Source of the DNA: Squalus acanthias
Taxonomy: Eukaryota
Reading direction: 5' to 3'
DNA length: 61,570 bases
Assembly: GCA_030390025.1 (NCBI GenBank)
Contig: JASTWF010000354.1
Span: 434,001-495,570 of the forward strand
Shown: piece by piece, positions 55,895-61,570 of the stretch
Layout of the letters: the number at the start of each line of letters is the position of its first letter
Numbering within the stretch: position 1 is the stretch's first letter
Program-made: the position numbers and the translations under genes
Notes under the pieces: model-generated
What the model was told of the DNA's origin: nothing
Databases searched by the model: none
The model's input: the letters and a program-made list of their open reading frames with translations, nothing else

Positions 55895-56644
55895 GATGGG
55901 GGGCTGGTGCTTCAAGACTGGGAATGAGAAGGTGCAGAATAACTGCAATTTCACTCATATTCCGTGTCTGCACCTTCTCCCAGTGAGGAGCAGGAATCAG
56001 CTCCGGGACATCTGCTCTAATTTATGGGGAGACAAACTCGGGGACTGGGCTGGTTTTTGCTTCAATTCCATCGACACAAAGCTCTTCCCAACTTGCTGGG
56101 AGCAGCTGTTTCCAGATGTGTTCCTGCGCTGTGCTGGGATGGTTTGTTTGTGGAGTGTGACGGGAAGATGTCCCTCCTTGTCTGCTGTGTAACCAGGAAG
56201 GAAAGGTTCAGGAGCTTCCCCGGGGGCAGTCGGGGATTTCAGGGGCCTTTTACTGAAATATTAAAGGGGAAGCAAACTTGGAAGCTGCCCCGTGAGGGGA
56301 TGGAGCGAGGGAGCGAGAGAAAGAGATGGGGAAGAGCTGAGGAGGGCAGGAGGGGGAGAGTCGGCAAAGGAAGATGTGAAGCGGAGTTTGTGAATTGCTT
56401 GCTGATCCAGGCAGGCGAGCGAGAGGAGTGGAAGAACATCTTGTTGAGGTCTGTGTGTTGCTGGGAGTAAAGTGCAAGCCCATCAGTGACAGCAGGTTAG
56501 TCAGCAGGGAGCTGCTGTCAGAGTGAGATTGGAACGCTGATGACCTTATATTGATGTTTCTGTCTGCTGGGCAGGAGATGAAGGAAGGGAAATGTTCCTC
56601 CTGCTCTTTTCACTCTCCGATAGTCCGCGGCCCACTACTGGGAA

Positions 56645-56835
56645 TGTTGTGGAGATGCTGGTGTTGGACTGGGGTGGACAAAACTGAGAAGTCGCACAAC
56701 ACCAGGTTATAGTCCAACAGCTTTATTTGAAATCACAAGCTTTCGGAGCTGCTGCTCCTTCGTCAGGTGCGCTCCGAAAGCTTGTGATTTCAAATAAAGC
56801 TGTTGGACTCTAACCTGGTGTTGTGCGACTTCTCA
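56645..56835. mobile_element. Penelope-like retroelement terminal fragment forming a 65-bp inverted repeat
   Basis: Arms at 56685-56749 and 56771-56835 with one mismatch. Flanked by the near-duplicate CACTACTG(G/C)GAA (56633-56644, 56834-56845), a candidate TSD. Inverted termini with a CTGANGA...GAAA motif are typical of PLEs. Family assignment is from recall. Confidence 0.7.
56735..56769 (-). ncRNA. Minimal hammerhead-ribozyme-like motif
   Basis: Minus strand: CAC-CUGACGA-A-GGAGC-AGCA-GCUCC-GAAA-GCUUGU. Both conserved boxes flank a 5-bp stem II. Stems I/III and the cleavage triplet are not canonical. Confidence 0.5.
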
Positions 56836-56842
56836 CTACTGC

Positions 56843-57205
56843 GAAAGAAAGACTTGCATTTATATAGCGCCTATCACGACCACCGGACGTCCCAAAGCGC
56901 TTTCCAGTCAATGAAGTAGTTTTTTTGAAGTGTTGTCACTGTTGTAATGTGGGAAACGCGGCAGCCAAATTGCGCACAGCAAGCTCCCACAAACAGCAAT
57001 GTGAAAATGACCAAATAATCTGTTTTTGTTGGTGTTGGTTGAGGGATAAATATTGGCCATGACACCGGGGATAACTCCCCTACTCTTCTTCGAAATAGTG
57101 CCATGGGATCTTTTACGTCCACCTGAGAAAGACGGCACCTCCAACAGTGCAGCACTCCCTCAGTACTGCACTGGAGTGTCAGCCTAGCTTTATGTGCTCA
57201 AGTCC
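56843..57205 (-). mobile_element. DeuSINE (SacSINE1-like), lacking the tRNA head, with a short internal deletion
   Basis: The minus strand has the Deu-domain-like GGAGGTGCCGTCTTTC...GGACGTAAAAGATCCCATGGCACTATTTCGAAGAAGAG...GGTGTCATGGCCAATATTTATCCCTCAACC and the tail GCGCTATATAAATGCAAGTCTTTCTTT. Confidence 0.85.
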
Positions 57206-57404
57206 CGGGAATGAGACTATAACCTCGCCACCCCAATGTGACGGGATTTGTATTTTGGAAATGTGGAGCCTGTCATCCTGCCTGTGCCCTTTGAACTACG
57301 GACTCTTGCGACAGTTTCCGAGCTGCCCTGATTGCAACTGGATATAGAAAGAATGTCTAACCATTTACTGTCTCCATACTGGTCACTGGAGCCTCCCTGT
57401 ATCT

Positions 57405-57828
57405 CATAGAGTCACAGAATCAGACAGCACAGGAAGAGGCCATTCGGCCCATTGTGCCTGTGCCGGCTCTTTGAAAGAGCTCTCCAATTAGTCCCACTCC
57501 CTGCTCTTTCCCCACAGCCCTGCAAACTTTTTCTTTTCAGTATTTATCCAATTCCCTTTTGAAAGTTATTATTGAATCTGCTTTTCAGGCAGTGCATTCC
57601 AGATCACAACAACTCGCTGTAAAAACATTCTCCTCATCTCCCCTCTTTCCTGGTTCTTTTTCCAATTCCCTTCAATCTGTGTTGTCCGGTTACTGAGCCT
57701 CCTGCCACTGGAAACAGTTTCTCCATTTACTCTGTCAACACCTCGATTAAATCTCCCCTTAACCTTCTCTGCTCTAAGGAGAACAATCCCAGCTTCTCCA
57801 GTCTCTCCACATCACTGAAGTCCCTCAT
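57405..57828 (-). mobile_element. CR1 3' end fragment (counterpart of 445-890)
   Basis: Reverse complement of the left CR1, with two 10-20 bp deletions and many substitutions. Confidence 0.88.
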
Positions 57829-57925
57829 CTCTTCACAATTTATCCTCACGTTTTCCATTGCTTCAGTTAGCAGTGACCATAACGATATAAAGGACCCGAC
57901 CCGGGCTGTGTTATTGATTGATTCT

Positions 57926-58019
57926 CAGGATGTGGGCATCGCTGGCAAGTCCAGCATTTATTGCCCATCCCTAGTTGCCCTGAGGTGGTGGTGGTGAGCC
58001 GCCTTCTTGAACCGCTGCA
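57926..58019 (-). mobile_element. 3' end of a non-LTR LINE (clade uncertain), first part
   Basis: Minus strand TGCAGCGGTTCAAGAAGGCGGCTCACCACCACC...GGGCAATAAATGCTGG encodes QRFKKAAHHH followed by AATAAA. It appears to continue at 60405 beyond the CR1. Confidence 0.7.
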
Positions 58020-58402
58020 ATAAGAACATAAGAAACAGGAGCAGGAGTCGGCCATTCGGCCCCTCGAGCCTGCCCCACCATTCAATCAGATCATGGCTGA
58101 TCTGATCTTGGCCTCAACTCCACTTTTCTGCCTGTTCCCCATAACCCTTGACTCCCCTGTAGATCAAAAATCTGTCAATCTCAGCCCTGAATATATTCAA
58201 TGACTCCGCCTCCACAGCTCTCTGGGGCAGAGAATTCCAAAAATTCACGACACTCTGAGAGAAGAAATTCCTCCTCATTTCCGTCTTAAATGGGCGACCC
58301 CTTATTCTGAAACTATGACCCCTAGTTCTAGAATCCCCCACGAGGGGAAACATCCTCCCTGCATCTACCCTGTCAAGCTCCCTCAGAATCTTATATGTTT
58401 TA
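58020..58402 (-). mobile_element. CR1 LINE 3' end (segment 1 of an interrupted copy)
   Basis: MFPLVGDSRTRGHSFRIRGRPFKTEMRRNFFSQSVVNFWNSLP, then the 3'UTR ending in TTCTTATGTTCTTA microsatellite-type tail repeats. Confidence 0.95.
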
Positions 58403-59162
58403 TTGGTCCAGAAATTTGACTCGGAGGCTTGCCGCGGGGGTAAGGATCCCCCGCGATATCACACTCCGCGCCAGCCGTTGTGTTTCGGGCCCACACGAAC
58501 TTCAGCTCCTGGGCCTCTCCCTAGTGCCGGCGCGCAGTGTGTGCGTGTCCCAGGGGCGCAGTTAGTTCGATGCGACCTCTGGGATCACGTGGGCCATGGA
58601 GAGCCAATGGCAGCACACCATCTTTCATTCATAGATTTGACAGGAGACCTGTCAAATCTATGAATACAAATTGCCCCCAAAAGAACAGCTAAACCTCAAA
58701 TAAATTTCAAAAAACCATCACATTAATAAAATAACTATAGTTAAATAAATTAACCACTTTAAACAAAAATTTTAATTTTTGAAAAAATTTACATTCTTTT
58801 TAAAAGTTATAAAAATAAACTTACCTTTCTTTAAAGTCTCTAAAAAAGATAAACCTGTTGAAATTTTTAAAAAATATTAATTAACTACTTACCTTGTTAA
58901 AAGGGGGTCTTACGCCTCCTTTTTTCATGTGTAAAATCTTCCATACTTACCCTCGCGTTCAAACCTGAAAAAAAAACAAAGTGTGCTGCGTGCGCACAGC
59001 CTGTAGTGCGCACATGGTTCACTTAGGAACCGCCCCCTTCGCAATATCGGAAGTGCCGGTTTCCCGCGCATGCGCAGTGCATGCAGGAAACCGGCACTTC
59101 GGGACCGAATACGGGTGAGTACACAGTGCGTAATCTCCCGTATTCAGCCGAAGTTTTGGGCC
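58403..59162. mobile_element. ~760-bp putative non-autonomous DNA transposon (MITE-like) inserted in CR1
   Basis: It interrupts CR1 ORF2 between ...RMRGDL and ...KTYKILR. Imperfect terminal inverted repeats TTGGTCCAGAAATT / AAGTTTTGGGCCAA. CpG-rich ends, AT-rich centre and internal palindromes. No clean TSD is visible. Confidence 0.65.
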
Positions 59163-60404
59163 AAGATCCCCTCTCATTCTTCTAAACTCCAATGAGCATA
59201 GGCCCAACCTGCTCAACATTTCCTCATAAGACAACCCCTTCATCCCAGGAATCAACCTCGTGAACCTTCTCTGAACTGTTTCCAATGCAAATATATCCCT
59301 CCTTAAATAAGGAGACCAAAACTGTACGCAGTACTCTAGGTGTGGTCTCACCAACGCCCTGTACAGTTGTTGCAAGACTTCCCTACTTTTATACTCCATC
59401 CGCCTTGCAATAAAGGCCAACATTCCATTTGCCTTCCTAATTACTTGCTGCACCTGCATGCTAACTTTTTGTGTTTCATGTACGAGGACCCCCAGATCCC
59501 TCTGTACCGCAGCATTCTGTAGTCTCTCTCCATTTAAATAATATTTTGCTTTTCTATTCTTCCTACCAAAGTGGATACCCTCACATTTTCCCACATTATA
59601 CTCCATCTGCCAAATGTTTGTCCACTCACTTAATCTATCTATATTCATTTGCAGACTCTTTGTGTCCTCCTCACAACTTGCTTTCTCACCTATCTTTGTA
59701 TCATCAGAAAATTTGGCTACAGTACCCTTGGTTCCTTCATCTAAGTCATTTATATAGATTGTAAATAGTTGAGGCCCCAGCGCTGATCCCTGTGGCACCC
59801 TATTAGTAACAGTTTGCTAACCTGAAAATGACCCATTTATCCCGACTCTCTGTTTTCTGTTAGTCATCCAATCCTCTATCCATGCTAAAATATTACCCCC
59901 AAAACCATGAGCTCTAATATTGTGCAGTATCCTTTTATGTGGCACCTTATCAAATGGCTTTTCGAAATCCAAATACACTACATCTACTGGTTCCCCTTTA
60001 TCCACCCTACTCATTACATCCTCAAAGAACTCAAATAAATTTGTCAAACACGATTTCCCTTTCATAAAACCATGTTGACTCTGTTTGATTGTATTTTGAT
60101 TTTCTAAATGTCCTGCTACTACTTCATTTTCTCGAGTGATAGAGATTGTTTTAAGTTCCTCCCTCCCTTTTGCCCCTTGATTATCTACTATTATTGGGAT
60201 GTTTTTAGTGTCTTGTACCGTGAAGACCGATACAAAATATTTGTTCAAAGTCTCTGCCATTTCCTTGTTTCCCATTATTAATTCCCCAGTTTCATCCTCT
60301 AAGGGGCCAACATTTATTTTAGCTACTCTTTTCCTTTTTATATACTTGTAGAAGCTCTTACTGTCTGTTCTTATATTTCTTGCTAGTTTACTCTCATAAT
60401 CTAT
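59163..60404 (-). pseudogene. CR1 ORF2 reverse transcriptase region, degenerate (segment 2)
   Basis: QSQHGFMKGKSCLTNLFEFFE, VDVVYLDFEKPFDKVPH, PQGSALGPQLFTIYINDL and KFSDDTK (FADD mutated). Stop near 59817, internal deletion near 60128 (ISITRE|NEVVAGHL), 5' truncated. Confidence 0.95.
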
Positions 60405-60702
60405 CCGTGTGGTGAAGGTGCTCCCACAGTGCTGTTACGGAGGGAGTTCCAGAATTTTGACCCAGCTATGATGAAGGAACGACCGATAGATGTCCAAGTC
60501 AGGATGATGTGTGACTTGGAGGGGAATTTGGAGATGGTGGTGTTCCCATGCGCCTGCTGTCCTTGTCCTTCTAGGTGGTAGAGATCGCAGGTTTGGGAGG
60601 AGCTGTCAAAGAAGCATTGGGGAGCAGCTGCAGTGCATCTTGTAGATGGTACACACTATGGTCACAGTGCGCTGGTGGTGGAGGGAGTGAATGTTTAAAG
60701 TG
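60405..60702 (-). mobile_element. Non-LTR LINE ORF2 C-terminal fragment, second part (continues 57926-58019)
   Basis: The minus strand encodes NIHSLHHQRTVTIVCTIYKMHCSCS-like sequence with stops. Joining ...GAACCGCTGCA (58019) to ..CCGTGTGGTGAAGG (60405) restores a continuous element as I recall it. Confidence 0.65.
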
Positions 60703-61570
60703 AGGGGGGGCGGGTGATTAAGGTGGGGAGGAGGCGGGTGTTTAAGGTGGGGAGGGAGAGGGTGTTTAAGCTGGGGAGGGGGCGGGTGTTTAAGGTGGGG
60801 GAGGGGCGGGTGTTTAAGGTGGGGGAGGGAGAGGGTGTTTAAGCTGAGGAGGGGGCGGGTGTTTAAGGTGGGGGAGGGGCAGGTGTTTAAGGTGGGGATG
60901 GGCAGGTGTTTAAGGAGAGGGAGGGGCGGGTGTTTAAGGTGAGCAGGGAGTGGGTGCTTAAGCTGGGGGAAGGGCGGGTGTTTAAGGTGGGAGAGGGGGC
61001 TGGTGTTTAAGGTGGGGAGGGGCGGGTGTTTAAGGTAGCGGAGGGGGTGGGTGTTTAAGTTGGGGAGGGGTTGGGTGCTTAAGGTGGGGAGGGAGCGGGT
61101 GTTTAAGGTGGGGAGGGAGCGGGTGTTTAAGGTGAGGAGGGAGCGTTGTTTAAGGTGGGGAGGGAGCGGGTGTATAAGGTGGGGAGGGAGCGGGTGTTTA
61201 AGGTGGGGAGGGGCGGGTGTTTAAGGTGGGGAGGGAGCGGGTGTTTAAGGTGGGGAGGGAGCGGGTGTTTAAGGTAGGGAGGGAGCGGGTGTTTAAGGTG
61301 GGGAGGGAGCGGGTGTTTAAGGTGGGGAGGGAGCGGGTGTTTAAGGTGGGGAGGGAGCGGGGTGTTTAAGGTAGGGAGGGAGCGGGTGTTTAAGGTAGGG
61401 AGGGAGCGGGTGTTTAAGGTGGGGAGGGGCGGGTGTTTAAGGTGGGGAGAGAGCGGGTGTTTAAGGTAGGGAGGGAGCGGGTGTTTAAGGTGGGGAGGGA
61501 GTGGGTGTTTAAGGTGGGGAGGGAGCGTTGTTTAAGGTGGGAGGGAGCGGGTGTTTAAGGTGGGGAGGGG
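60703..61570 (+). repeat. G-rich 23-24-bp minisatellite (GGGTGTTTAAGGTGGGGAGGGAGC), ~37 copies, runs off window end
   Basis: Tandem copies are directly visible, with strong G-strand skew. Confidence 0.95.

Larger units (their letters stand above)
55915..57828 (-). repeat. Right arm of inverted segmental duplication (partner 445-1807), interrupted at ~56645-57228
   Basis: AGACTGGGAATGAGAAGGTGCAGAATAACTGC... is the reverse complement of 1807 leftwards. Homology pauses at ~56643 and resumes at CACCCCAATGTGACGGG (57229). Confidence 0.95.

Noticed and set aside
55896..56192. Protein-coding exon in the duplicated arm (also 1530-1886), with an acceptor-like CCTTCTCCCAG at ~55983
   Set aside because: No recognisable protein family. 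ORF sharing between arms is explained by recent duplication. It cannot be excluded without RNA-seq or a homology search.
445..57828. Giant DNA transposon (Polinton/Teratorn/foldback) with the arms as TIRs
   Set aside because: No transposase or integrase is present. The outer ends fade inside a CR1 fragment with no sharp termini or TSD.
59019..60275. Active reverse transcriptase gene
   Set aside because: 5' truncated, with a stop/frameshift, an internal deletion, an altered FADD motif and an inserted element.
60703..61570. Telomeric repeat
   Set aside because: The unit is 23-24 bp with TTTAAGG, not tandem TTAGGG.

Overview
Eukaryotic, repeat-only window. The retroposon families I recognise (CR1 3' ends, DeuSINE, Penelope-like termini) suggest a cartilaginous fish such as a shark; this is inference. 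I can support no host gene. About 85% of the window (~3117-55633) is one head-to-tail array of a 39-bp unit (GGATTATTAGTCCAGGCCTGTGGATTACTGACATTCTCT, ~1,350 copies). It has diverged, variant-rich edges and a near-perfect ~20.7-kb core. The giant ORFs (up to 6984 aa) arise because the unit length is divisible by 3 and four of six frames lack stops. On the minus strand each unit carries a tRNA-anticodon-arm-like hairpin, and the array runs into a Pol III B-box-like motif, pointing to origin from a tRNA-derived SINE head. The array is bracketed by a ~1.35-kb inverted duplication (445-1807 vs 55915-57828) and, inside that, by two direct-orientation 33-bp DeuSINE-derived minisatellites. The right flank is a nest of elements: a Penelope-like palindrome with a hammerhead-like core, a DeuSINE, a LINE split by a CR1 that is itself split by a hairpin-rich MITE-like insert, and a G-rich 23-24-bp minisatellite running off the window end.
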